Shown here: positions 36,847 to 46,422 of the stretch, piece by piece
How the letters are laid out: each line of letters begins with the position of its first letter
Position numbering within the stretch: the first letter of the stretch is position 1
Source: an uncultured Thermoplasmatales archaeon
GTDB taxonomy: Archaea; Thermoplasmatota; E2; DHVEG-1
Direction of reading: 5' to 3'
Assembly: GCA_964406955.1 (NCBI GenBank)
Contig: CAYOTP010000003.1
Span: 1-52,748 of the forward strand
Length of the DNA: 52,748 nucleotides
The notes under the pieces: generated by a model
Databases searched by the model: none
Told to the model about the DNA's origin: nothing
What the model saw: the letters and a program-made list of their open reading frames with translations, nothing else
Translations under genes and position numbers: made by a program

Positions 36847-39020
36847 AAAACATAAGAAAGAACCAAAAGAACCAAAAAAAAATAGGAATTATCCTTCTAT
36901 CAATACTTCTTTTACAGACCAGCATAACAATCACAATTCAAGCAACACAAACACCAGGTAACATCTATGAAAACACCCTCAATATAGAATACCGAAATGT
37001 CACCGTATACGCTCCTGCGGTGGGAGAAACAAGTGGAGGATACGTCGGAGTTATTTCAACAATAACTGTCACCATACAAAACAACGGAAGCGGACGGGTT
37101 TTTGTAGATACCTTACCACTTGCACAAATAGATATGCAAGGTTCTGCACGACTAGCGGTAAATGTCGCAACATCTCTAGTGAAAGGGGATTCATCCTGCA
37201 CGGTAAATCCAGATGAATATGATTATTTCTTTGTAATAAGAACAAGTTCTCCCATTATTGGTGGTCCATCAGGAGGAGGTATTTTAACCGCTGCTGTTGT
37301 CTCTCTCCTACAAGGATGGGATATGGATCAACAAACCGTGATGACAGGTATGATCAATCCCGATGCAAGTATCGGCCCAGTAGGTGGAATCGTAAAAAAG
37401 ATAGATGCTGCCGCATCGGTAGGAGCAAGACGTTTTTTAATTCCAATGGGACAAGATACATACACTGAAACCGTTTACGAAACAGTGGAGACCCAGTGGG
37501 GTACGCAAATTGTCACTCAACAAGTCACCCGTAATGTATATGATTATGCAATGGAGAAACACAATATCGAAGTTATAGAAGTTGAGGACATCAATGATGT
37601 TCTCTTGTATTACACGGGAAATGAGATTCGACAAAACATCTCATCAGATAGTATTTCAACTGAACAATACTTCGATTCTATGAAACCTCTTGCTATAACA
37701 CTTTTAGCAAACGCAAATCACACCCTTCAAAATGCAACTGAGATATTTGATAAAACGTCCATTCCAAATCAATTCCCAACATATTACAAAAACAGGTTAA
37801 CAGATTATCTAAATAATGCAAACGACGCTTTTGCTTCCAGTCAAAACTGGTTTGAAAACGGAGTATATTACACAAGTACCAGCAAGTCATTTCAAACACT
37901 AATCAACACAAATTTTGTATTACTTGCTTGCGAATATTTCTCTTCAGAGGACCCCAATGAATTCTTACAAGAAACCTTAGCAAAAGCAACAGCAAATTAC
38001 GATAATCAAAGTAGTTTTGCAAAACACGCTACAATACATGGTGCCATCTCACTTCAATGCGTTGGTGCAGCACAAAAACGTGCAACTGATGCCAAGGAAT
38101 CGCTTTCAGCAGCAGAAGAATCCATCCAAGAAGATGAAGCGTTCAATGCTTTGTATCAGATCTCTTTTGCCAATCAACGAAGTGAAAGTATCGGTTGGTG
38201 GCTTGGATTATCCCGTAACTTCAATGATACTGGAAATTTCAGTGATGATAAGCTAAAAAGTCTTTCAAACGATTACATTCAGGATGCACAACAATCAATA
38301 ACATATTCAGGAGTAATCCTCAGTGAAATAGGAGCAGGTTCGAATTTGTTGGCCTCTGCTCAAACTATGCTTGACAGCGCAAAAAAAGATTATGATAACA
38401 AGTATTATGCTGCAGCTTTATTTGAAGCACTTGAAGCACTTTCCAAAGCAAATCTAGCCTTAGAACTTGTAAATGTAGATTCCGAAGAAAAAATCCAACA
38501 AAAGATCAATCGAGCAAATGAAAGCGCAAACACCGGCATTAGTGAAAGCCGGTTACATGGTATCGAACCACTCCTTGCAGTAAGCTATTACGAATATGCT
38601 GAAAGCTTAATTGAAGAAGGTAACGTTGAAAATGCTCTTTTTTATTACAAATACAGCGATCTCATCACAGGAGTATTGCGATTATCTGGTGACTGCGGGG
38701 ATCGATCAAGCAGATATGTTGGCATCCCACCAGTTCAAACTGCCGTATCACGTTTCAATTTGAATAATATAGGTGGTTTTTTCTTTATCATCCTAACCTT
38801 TGGTATCATTGGTGGTCTAATCATTGGTTTTATCATTGGGTTATTAAGTTTTGATGACAAAAAGAAAGCATCTCACATCCGAGATCAAAAACAACAAAGC
38901 ACCTATCAAGACCATACCATGTATCCAAATCGTTTTCAAGAAAGAAAATCACCAATGGACCATTATTCTTACGATACGCTGCCCCACACAATCCACGATT
39001 ATTACAAAAAACAAAAATAA
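36843..39020 (+). CDS. exported, C-terminally membrane-anchored S16 (Lon proteolytic domain-like) serine protease with a large helical domain
   Basis: Signal segment IGIILLSILLLQ. Lon-P-like motifs IIGGPSGGGILTAAVVSLL (Ser) and GPVGGIVKKIDAAASVGARRFLIP (Lys). One TM (GGFFFIILTFGIIGGLIIGFIIGLL) near the C-terminus. GTG start with a GAGGAG RBS. Confidence 0.65.
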   Translation: MKNIRKNQKNQKKIGIILLSILLLQTSITITIQATQTPGNIYENTLNIEYRNVTVYAPAVGETSGGYVGVISTITVTIQNNGSGRVFVDTLPLAQIDMQGSARLAVNVATSLVKGDSSCTVNPDEYDYFFVIRTSSPIIGGPSGGGILTAAVVSLLQGWDMDQQTVMTGMINPDASIGPVGGIVKKIDAAASVGARRFLIPMGQDTYTETVYETVETQWGTQIVTQQVTRNVYDYAMEKHNIEVIEVEDINDVLLYYTGNEIRQNISSDSISTEQYFDSMKPLAITLLANANHTLQNATEIFDKTSIPNQFPTYYKNRLTDYLNNANDAFASSQNWFENGVYYTSTSKSFQTLINTNFVLLACEYFSSEDPNEFLQETLAKATANYDNQSSFAKHATIHGAISLQCVGAAQKRATDAKESLSAAEESIQEDEAFNALYQISFANQRSESIGWWLGLSRNFNDTGNFSDDKLKSLSNDYIQDAQQSITYSGVILSEIGAGSNLLASAQTMLDSAKKDYDNKYYAAALFEALEALSKANLALELVNVDSEEKIQQKINRANESANTGISESRLHGIEPLLAVSYYEYAESLIEEGNVENALFYYKYSDLITGVLRLSGDCGDRSSRYVGIPPVQTAVSRFNLNNIGGFFFIILTFGIIGGLIIGFIIGLLSFDDKKKASHIRDQKQQSTYQDHTMYPNRFQERKSPMDHYSYDTLPHTIHDYYKKQK

Positions 39021-39041
39021 GTTGTAGAAGTTGACCCTTCT

Positions 39042-40097
39042 ATGAATCCTGCCAATGCAACATTATACGATGAGGGCGTTATTGTTACAAAGACTAAAGA
39101 TGTGGGACGCTTATTTACGAAAAGCAGATTCGGCACACCCCTTTCAAAGAACCGTTTACACTTAAATTTCATCGAAGCTTGTTTTCTCTGCGAAGAAAAA
39201 AAACTAGTGGTTTACCATAATAAAAAACAATTAAGTTTAAAAGAACTTATTTCCAAAGCAGCAATACAACAAACCTTTGAAACAACATATCTCATCTTTA
39301 GTGACCTTCGACGAAGAGGCCATCAGATACAATTTCTCAAAGATGATAATCTTTTCACCTTTTTTACAAAGAACCAACAGGAGAAAACAAGTTCACCTGC
39401 ATTCATCGCTACCTTTTCAGAAAGAGAACAATGCACCATACAAACAATATTGTCCCTTATTGAAAAAGCAACTAAAGAGAAGACTAACTGTTGGCTGGCA
39501 ATCGCTGATGAAGAAGGTGATATTACCTATTATGAATTGAGTAGTCAACCGTTAACCGGCATGCAAAAACCCATCAATTTCAAAGGAACAACAGGAATGC
39601 TTCTCCAAGATAGAGTGCTTATTTTTGATGAAGGTATTTCTCAATTATTACATGAAAAAGAGTTTTTTGGTAAAGCCTTTGGGAAAGGATTGCAAATTTC
39701 TTTCGTAGAAGCATTGTATCTATTGAAAAATAATAGTCTTAAACTCTTTTCACCAACTGGTAAAAAAATAACAGAAGAAGCTTTTCAAAAACTGGTTGAA
39801 CATACTCAAAAAGACATAAAACAACGATACATTGTGTATCGTGAGCTAAAAGAACAAGGACTCATTGCAAAAACAGGATTTAAATTCGGGAATCATTTTC
39901 GAGCATATACTCACCATCCATACGAGACACATGCTGAATATCTTATACATGCAGTATCAATGGATTATTCCCTTGGCTGGCCTGAAGTGAGCAGAGCAAT
40001 CAGACTAGCCCATTCAGTAAACAAAACCTTTCTTTTTGCAAGCATAGATGATGGAAAAAATGTAACATATTTGGCGTTCAAACGGATTCGTCCATAA
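39042..40097 (+). CDS. endA: tRNA-splicing endonuclease, duplicated-domain (alpha-2 dimer type)
   Basis: 351 aa. The C-terminal catalytic unit GFKFGNHFRAYTHHP...HAEYLIH...RLAHSVNK follows a degenerate N-terminal repeat. Confidence 0.8.
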   Translation: MNPANATLYDEGVIVTKTKDVGRLFTKSRFGTPLSKNRLHLNFIEACFLCEEKKLVVYHNKKQLSLKELISKAAIQQTFETTYLIFSDLRRRGHQIQFLKDDNLFTFFTKNQQEKTSSPAFIATFSEREQCTIQTILSLIEKATKEKTNCWLAIADEEGDITYYELSSQPLTGMQKPINFKGTTGMLLQDRVLIFDEGISQLLHEKEFFGKAFGKGLQISFVEALYLLKNNSLKLFSPTGKKITEEAFQKLVEHTQKDIKQRYIVYRELKEQGLIAKTGFKFGNHFRAYTHHPYETHAEYLIHAVSMDYSLGWPEVSRAIRLAHSVNKTFLFASIDDGKNVTYLAFKRIRP

Positions 40098-40156
40098 TAT
40101 TTTTAAATTACTATGAAATGTAAGTTATAGTTTTAAATGAGGAGTTGCAAAAAAAG

Positions 40157-40795
40157 ATGCTTGAGATTAGATGGCACGGCCATTCATGTTTTGAAATTTC
40201 AAACAAGTTTACGATTGTAACTGACCCCCATGATGGAAAATCCATAGGCATTACACCACCTATGGTCACTGCAGATATCGTTATGGTTTCCCATGATCAT
40301 TTTGATCATAACAGCACTAAAACCGTTTCAACTAATAACACAACGATTATCGAAGATAAACGGAAACGAACAGTTCAAGATATTTTAATCAGAGGAATAC
40401 AAACATTTCATGACAGATGCCATGGGGAAAAAAGAGGAAATAACATCGTCTTTGTTTTCACCATGGATGGTATCACCTTTTGTCACCTAGGTGATCTTGG
40501 CCATAGTTTGGATGAAAAACAAATTCGATTGATTGGTCAGGTTGATATTCTTTTCATTCCAGTGGGTGGAACCTATACACTTGATGCTGAAAATTCATGG
40601 GACATTATAAATAAGATCAATCCTCGCATCATTATTCCCATGCATTATAAAATCGAAGGGCTTTCCCTTCCCATCGCACCAGTGGACGAATTTATTTCCT
40701 ATTCAGTCTATGAAGTCATTAAGGTAGGAAATCAGATCGATATCGAACTTGAAGATCTCCCAGAAGATCCTGAAGTTTGGGTATTTACTTTATGA
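40157..40795 (+). CDS. UPF0173-type metallo-beta-lactamase-fold hydrolase
   Basis: MLEIRWHGHSCFEI start and VSHDHFDH motif. ATG 40157 lies 12 nt after GGAG and is preferred over the track's TTG 40145. Confidence 0.75.
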   Translation: MLEIRWHGHSCFEISNKFTIVTDPHDGKSIGITPPMVTADIVMVSHDHFDHNSTKTVSTNNTTIIEDKRKRTVQDILIRGIQTFHDRCHGEKRGNNIVFVFTMDGITFCHLGDLGHSLDEKQIRLIGQVDILFIPVGGTYTLDAENSWDIINKINPRIIIPMHYKIEGLSLPIAPVDEFISYSVYEVIKVGNQIDIELEDLPEDPEVWVFTL

Positions 40796-40813
40796 TATTG
40801 TCCGAATTGATGT

Positions 40814-41779
40814 CTACTTAAACAGTTTTGAGTTTACACAATTTGGAGGTTTTTCACCGTTGAGACCTGCAATCATATTTTCTGCAGCCATCTCTGCCAT
40901 TTTGGATCGTGCCTCTGCTGTCGCTGACCCTAAGTGAGGTAGAAGGACAACATTCTTTAAATTCATCAGCTGTTCAGAAATGATCGGTTCATGTTCATAT
41001 ACGTCTAAACCTGCACCAAATATCCAGTTGTTCTCCAATGCATGTATCAATGCTTTCTCATCAACAACAGGACCTCGGGAGGTATTGACAAGAATCGCTG
41101 TTTCCTTCATCATTTCCAATTCCTTTTTACTGATGAGATGTCTTGTTTCATCATTCAGCGGAACATGTAACGAAATAATATCAGATTCGGCTAGCAATTC
41201 TGAAAGATGTGTTTTTCGCGCGTTCAATTCAGTATCAAGAGTGTCATTATGATGTTTATCTGTGTATAAAATATTCATATCAAATCCTCTGCTCTTTAAA
41301 GCCAACGCGGTTCCGATTCTTCCCACCCCAATAATCCCAAGTGTTTTCTGAGAAATCCCTTGTCCAAGTAGCAACATCGGCCCCCATCCATTAAATTTGC
41401 CCTGTCTACAAAATTGATCTCCTTCAGCTAATCGCCGAGCAACCGTAAACACTAGACCCCATGCAAGTTCAGCAGTGGCATCTGTAAGTACATCGGGAGT
41501 ATTGCTCACAGGTATCTTTTTTTCAGTTGCAAAATCAACATCAATATTATTGTAACCCACTGCATAGTTCGCTATCATCTTTAGGTTTGGAATAGCTGAG
41601 ATCACCTCTTTATCTATAGTATCTGTTAACAAACAAATCAATCCATCGGATTCACCTGCTTGTTCAATGATCTCTTGCTTAGTTAACACCCGATCTTTTT
41701 TGCTGACCTTTACGGTATGATGCTTTTCCAATAATGATATTGCCGATTCTGGAATTTTTCTTGTGATAAATACATTCAT
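40814..41779 (-). CDS. glyoxylate/hydroxypyruvate reductase (D-2-hydroxyacid dehydrogenase family)
   Basis: MNVFITRKIPE start, GIIGVGRIG NAD site, and NTSRG...LDVYEHEP...LPHLGSAT catalytic signature. Confidence 0.8.
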   Translation of the reverse strand: MNVFITRKIPESAISLLEKHHTVKVSKKDRVLTKQEIIEQAGESDGLICLLTDTIDKEVISAIPNLKMIANYAVGYNNIDVDFATEKKIPVSNTPDVLTDATAELAWGLVFTVARRLAEGDQFCRQGKFNGWGPMLLLGQGISQKTLGIIGVGRIGTALALKSRGFDMNILYTDKHHNDTLDTELNARKTHLSELLAESDIISLHVPLNDETRHLISKKELEMMKETAILVNTSRGPVVDEKALIHALENNWIFGAGLDVYEHEPIISEQLMNLKNVVLLPHLGSATAEARSKMAEMAAENMIAGLNGEKPPNCVNSKLFK

Positions 41780-41993
41780 ACTTTATTTCCTCCTAAAGCT
41801 CAAAGACATGGAAGAATATAGGTCTGCTCTTTGAAAAAAGTAATGAAAAAATGAAGGAAAAATGGATGGAAAATATGCAGATATTGATCTACTAATTGAA
41901 CCATTGAATATCAACAGTAATGATACTTGAACAGTTCAAGCGAGAATGGTATTTAGAAGGATTTGTGAAAAATACCCTTTAAAAGAGTGCACT

Positions 41994-42893
41994 TTACCTA
42001 TTTTCTCTAATTATTTTTGTCAACAGTTCATTTAGTGAAGTGTCACATCCTTTCGATTTACCGATATCAGCAAGTTTCCCATTGATCTCATTGATCTCTG
42101 TTGGTTTATTTCGCTGAATGCTTTGAAGCATTGATGAATGATTCTTCTCTGTTTGACTGATGACTTTCATCGTCAAACATAATAGTTCTTCAGGTTGAAA
42201 TGAAAAACCTTCTTTTTGTGCAATTATCGTAGATTCAAGACAGGTTTTTTCAACAATTTCAGTTAAGATCGGATTTTTTGCTAAATATCCATTTGGGCAT
42301 TGAAAGATAGCAGTCAATGGATTAATGGAGGCGTTTACAATTGCTTTTTTCCATATATCTTCAATTATTTGTGAACTGATGGTTACCAGTATGTGCACAT
42401 CATTAAAAATCGAAGCGATCTGCTGTATTCTTCGTGTTTTTTTTCCGGAAAGTTCGCCAACAACTGTGGATCCCACCCCCCTATGAAAAATAACTCCTGG
42501 TTTGATGTATTGAACTCCATGTGTGGTGATACCTGCAATGATCTGATGTTCTTTAACGACTGTATTGATTTGATCGATATTATCTAAACCATTCTGAAAA
42601 CTTAGAATCGTTGTTCCCGAAGAAATGATTGGTTTTGCTTCAGATATTGCCTGTAAGGTATCAAATGATTTAACAGTGATGAGAACAAGATCTGGTGAAG
42701 TTGATATTTCTTGAATGGTTTCCACTGACGGTATCTTTTTTTGTAATCGGGTTTTTCCTTTTATTTGAAGACCATTCTTATTAATTTCCTGAACGTGATC
42801 CTTTCTTCCAACTAAAATAACGTTATGTTTTTTTGAAAGTAGTCCTCCAAAAAAGGAACCAATTGCGCCTGCACCTAAAACAACAATATTCAT
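41994..42893 (-). CDS. panE: 2-dehydropantoate 2-reductase (ketopantoate reductase, PanE/ApbA)
   Basis: MNIVVLGAGAIGSFFGG, NGL and SSMLQS...TEINEINGK motifs. Confidence 0.8.
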   Translation of the reverse strand: MNIVVLGAGAIGSFFGGLLSKKHNVILVGRKDHVQEINKNGLQIKGKTRLQKKIPSVETIQEISTSPDLVLITVKSFDTLQAISEAKPIISSGTTILSFQNGLDNIDQINTVVKEHQIIAGITTHGVQYIKPGVIFHRGVGSTVVGELSGKKTRRIQQIASIFNDVHILVTISSQIIEDIWKKAIVNASINPLTAIFQCPNGYLAKNPILTEIVEKTCLESTIIAQKEGFSFQPEELLCLTMKVISQTEKNHSSMLQSIQRNKPTEINEINGKLADIGKSKGCDTSLNELLTKIIRENR

Positions 42894-43813
42894 AACTTGA
42901 GTCCTACCTGTTCAATAGATTTTTGATATTGTTGTTCAGTCATACCAATCAATGGGGTTAAAATAGGTAAAGAAAAGTCTCTTTGTAATTTCTTGATTTC
43001 AGTTAATGCTTCTTCTTTATCTTTCATAAAGGTCACACCAGTGCAAATGGCATCGCAATGATATAATTTATTTTCTTCTTGTGAGAACTGAAGGTTGTTT
43101 TCCGATACGTTATATTCAGAGATCGTTATGCTCTTTTTGATATACCATTTCCTTAAAAATAAATCGATTTGCTCAATTGCTTGTTCATTTGAAGAAACAA
43201 AATGAATGAAACAACCTCTTTTCATCAAAAAAAAACTTGCAAGAATATCTTTTAGTGTTTTTACATAACAACATACTGTTCCTTGTGTCCCATAGGGCAA
43301 TCCACCAACACCATCGATTTTTTCAACGAAAAGAAATGCGTTTTCATCACGGATTTCAATAAATAATTCTACATCCGGGCAATCTAAATCAACTGAAGAA
43401 TGAAAATGATCACAAACGGCTTGACCAACATGGATTGCGACATCCCGACTTGTATAATCATGAATCCCACTTCTCCGTACCCGTAATGCAAAAGAGGTTT
43501 TTGGATCTAGTCGGGATGAAAGTACGGCGATAACATCTGTGGTTAACACAGAAAGATCAGATGAAGAATCCCACACCGGACTAAATGAAACGATACCAAA
43601 TACTTTTTTTAACACATTCGTTGCTTTTTTTATATGTTCCGTATGAAGGAAGAACCGTCCGCGTTTCATCACGATCTTAACTGGAATACTCTCCTGAGAA
43701 CATGCATACAAAATATTATTTTTCATTACATGCATGAATCGACGTCGGGTTGCTTCGGCCTTCAGCCCAATTTCTCCGTATCGAATAAGAATCTGAGTTT
43801 GTTTCACAATCAA
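42890..43813 (-). CDS. ThiI-like THUMP-domain protein with a degenerate PP-loop
   Basis: ThiI-type N-terminus ILIRYGEIGLKAEATRRRF plus THUMP. The region aligned to LLSGGxDS...MKRG reads CCYVKTLKDILASFFLMKRG. The C-terminal ICTGV...LPILTPLIGM is retained. Confidence 0.6.
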   Translation of the reverse strand: MIVKQTQILIRYGEIGLKAEATRRRFMHVMKNNILYACSQESIPVKIVMKRGRFFLHTEHIKKATNVLKKVFGIVSFSPVWDSSSDLSVLTTDVIAVLSSRLDPKTSFALRVRRSGIHDYTSRDVAIHVGQAVCDHFHSSVDLDCPDVELFIEIRDENAFLFVEKIDGVGGLPYGTQGTVCCYVKTLKDILASFFLMKRGCFIHFVSSNEQAIEQIDLFLRKWYIKKSITISEYNVSENNLQFSQEENKLYHCDAICTGVTFMKDKEEALTEIKKLQRDFSLPILTPLIGMTEQQYQKSIEQVGLKL

Positions 43814-43936
43814 GGAAAAAAGTAACTATCATTCATATAGCTTTGGACAAAAAAAACAAAATAAAAAAAGAATCCGAGTCAAATTGAGAACAAGTAACTT
43901 TTTTATATATCCTTTTTCTATATTTTTAATGGTATC

Positions 43937-45730
43937 ATGCCTTTAAAAACTTCTCATGTCCATAAAGTAGTGGTTATATCACTCATCCTTCTCTTTTGTA
44001 GTACGGGATTGGTTTCCGCATGTAAGAACATTTTTGCTACAGGTGATGCTACATCTGGAGAATACAATCTTCTTTTGAAAGTCCGCGATCCCAGTCGACC
44101 TGGTGTACAAGTGTTAACCCTTATTCCCCAAGGCTATGAGTATACGTATCATCACCCTTGGACGGGAGAACCAATGGATATTGTTGTGAATCGATCATAT
44201 ATCGGTGTGACCTCGCAACAAGACGTTGCACCAAATATTGTAAAATCAGGTATGGTGTTAACAAATGCAGGTCTTTCATTTGGTGATGCTGATTCCCGTT
44301 CTCGATGGATAAATCCCACCCAATATGCATGGGATGATTTCGATTGGATCCGATATAGTTGCGAACACGCATCAACAGAGGAAGAAGCAGTGTATCGCCT
44401 CACCGCACTTGCAGTGGATGAATTACATGCAACAGGAGTTTCAGAAAATCTTTGTGTCGTAGGACCAAAAAAAGGATATCTCATCGAAGCAGATGCATAT
44501 CGATATGACATCAAAGAGATTGTCAGTGACGTTGATGTCATCTCAAATTATCCCCGTAAACTATGGAACACGCAAATCTTTCGTTCTCGATTAATTGCTG
44601 ATGCATATAATGCAACAAGAACAAACACTTTGAAACCAGGGGAAAGCATTCATCTTAACGGGATCTCCAGGATACAACTTCTTCAAATATCAGAAAATTC
44701 GATAAAAGCTAGACAGATACCATTTTTTACAAACATTGGGTATCATGATGGGAAACCCTCCTTTTTCATGCCTCCAGTTTCTCTGTCTATGGGGGAACAA
44801 AAAACAATTGGTGATTTCTATGTTTCACTTCTTGACATCACTGAGGATACTGCATCGATCCATCTAACAACTGCAGTACATGCGTGGGAACAAGAACTAT
44901 TAGGAAGAATTCTTCCTCGAAAAGGAAACATTACTGTCACTGATATGATTGAATGGTCACGCTTTCAAGAAAAAGATATGAATGATGTCCGACCGATGTG
45001 TGAAGAGACCTATCTTCATGAGGGCGTTGCTATCTATCAAATACCAACTGAAAGATATCAAAGCCTTAGCAAAGGTTGGTTTTCAGCAAATCGAGCTGTC
45101 AGTAGCATCTATGTGCCATTTCATATATGTAACACAGAAATTTTCGACCCCTATGAAACTGGAGAAGCAGCTCAACTGTCATTGTCTCTTTATGAAAACC
45201 ATTCAGATGCATTTCTTCCAATCATTCAATCAGTTGAACAGGTCTTTTTAAAGGAGAACAGTTTTTTTGACCACTGGGCACACCATGCTACAATAGCTGA
45301 ATCCGTTCAAGCTAATGTTTTCACTATCCTTGACACTACCATGCAAAAACAAGCATACATCATGCAACAGTTATTACTTGAAATCGGGAAGAAACCAGAA
45401 GAACAGCAACATCTTTTTATGAACATTTCAAAGGAACTATGGATGAACAATTACACTGCATCATTGGTCCATATGGCATCCACTCTGGAAACTCTCTCCA
45501 CCACAGAACACCTAGACTTTTTCGAAAAAACAGTGACAAATCTGATGCAATTGACCTGTATCGGCTTCATCAATGCAACAGCATGCATTGGATACTCGGT
45601 AGAAGATCTTCTTATCATGTATGAATGGGGGAATCAATTGCTTAATCAGCAAAAATATATCGATGCTTCATTTCAATTTCAACAAATCATAAGGCAATGC
45701 AAATCTTATTTTGATGGTGAAAAAACGTAA
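43937..45730 (+). CDS. secreted Ntn-hydrolase, peptidase C69-like, with a long C-terminal helical extension
   Basis: Signal peptide ends ...GLVSA, followed by CKNIFATGDATSGEYNLLLKVRD. This matches the C69 N-terminal nucleophile pattern C-x-x-I/F-x-x-G-x-x-A-S/T...R-D. Confidence 0.45.
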   Translation: MPLKTSHVHKVVVISLILLFCSTGLVSACKNIFATGDATSGEYNLLLKVRDPSRPGVQVLTLIPQGYEYTYHHPWTGEPMDIVVNRSYIGVTSQQDVAPNIVKSGMVLTNAGLSFGDADSRSRWINPTQYAWDDFDWIRYSCEHASTEEEAVYRLTALAVDELHATGVSENLCVVGPKKGYLIEADAYRYDIKEIVSDVDVISNYPRKLWNTQIFRSRLIADAYNATRTNTLKPGESIHLNGISRIQLLQISENSIKARQIPFFTNIGYHDGKPSFFMPPVSLSMGEQKTIGDFYVSLLDITEDTASIHLTTAVHAWEQELLGRILPRKGNITVTDMIEWSRFQEKDMNDVRPMCEETYLHEGVAIYQIPTERYQSLSKGWFSANRAVSSIYVPFHICNTEIFDPYETGEAAQLSLSLYENHSDAFLPIIQSVEQVFLKENSFFDHWAHHATIAESVQANVFTILDTTMQKQAYIMQQLLLEIGKKPEEQQHLFMNISKELWMNNYTASLVHMASTLETLSTTEHLDFFEKTVTNLMQLTCIGFINATACIGYSVEDLLIMYEWGNQLLNQQKYIDASFQFQQIIRQCKSYFDGEKT

Positions 45731-45759
45731 AGGATCGTTTATTGGGAAAAAGATGCCAT

Positions 45760-46389
45760 CTATGAAAATCGTTTAATATATGGGTTATCAGGTTTAACGA
45801 TTTCCATTTTAAGTATCAAATCTGTAAAAATTAATGGCAGTTTTTTCATTGGCCCTGGTTTTTCATCATAGAATATCAATATGGTTTTCAGGTTTGATCC
45901 CATGAATGTTTCCTTTAATGATCCAAGAAACTGATAGAGTTGTTGAAGGTCTTGATCTGAAGGTTTGGTGAAATTCAGGAACTGAGATAACGAATCCACA
46001 CATACGATATCAGGTTTTACTCGTTTAATATTTTTCATCATCAATGATTCCATTTCAGCTAGTGTCTTAGGTGGTTTGCGAAAGACGCAATCAATGTTAT
46101 CCTGAATTTCTAAAAGAAAGCCTGAGACCATATCCACAATATGGAGCTGTTTGTTGGGAAGTGCTCTGTCATCAATTCCATTTTTTATGCGGTCATAACT
46201 TGTTGTGAGGGAAAAATAAAGAACTTTTGATGGGGTTTTCTTATGAATTTTATTTAGAAATGATGAAATATCGGTAAATTCAGCTGAGTTATGAATTACT
46301 AATGTTAATCCTGAAAGGCTTCCCAATGTTTCATTACTTTCTTTTTGAATGTTTTTCCAATAGTGAATTATATTCTCTGATTCATTCAT
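45760..46389 (-). CDS. RecA/KaiC-fold-like protein lacking a Walker A P-loop (DUF835-like), paralog B
   Basis: LTLVIHNSAEF sits where KaiC-like proteins carry GxxGxGKT. The Walker-B-like IVCVDSLSQF is retained. It aligns along its full length with the upstream paralog. Confidence 0.5.
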   Translation of the reverse strand: MNESENIIHYWKNIQKESNETLGSLSGLTLVIHNSAEFTDISSFLNKIHKKTPSKVLYFSLTTSYDRIKNGIDDRALPNKQLHIVDMVSGFLLEIQDNIDCVFRKPPKTLAEMESLMMKNIKRVKPDIVCVDSLSQFLNFTKPSDQDLQQLYQFLGSLKETFMGSNLKTILIFYDEKPGPMKKLPLIFTDLILKMEIVKPDNPYIKRFS

Positions 46390-46422
46390 ATATCATTCAA
46401 CTCTTCTCATCTCAATTTTTCA

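Noticed and set aside
41926-41940. CTTGAAC-A-GTTCAAG 15-bp palindrome upstream of the glyoxylate reductase gene
   Set aside because: It is a single isolated copy about 150 nt upstream of the start, with no nearby regulator gene or second copy. It is noted but not strong enough to call a regulatory site.
44152-44541. 129-codon minus-strand ORF inside the C69-like gene
   Set aside because: It is an antisense shadow ORF without motifs. The plus-strand frame is continuous for 597 codons with a signal peptide and the Ntn motif.
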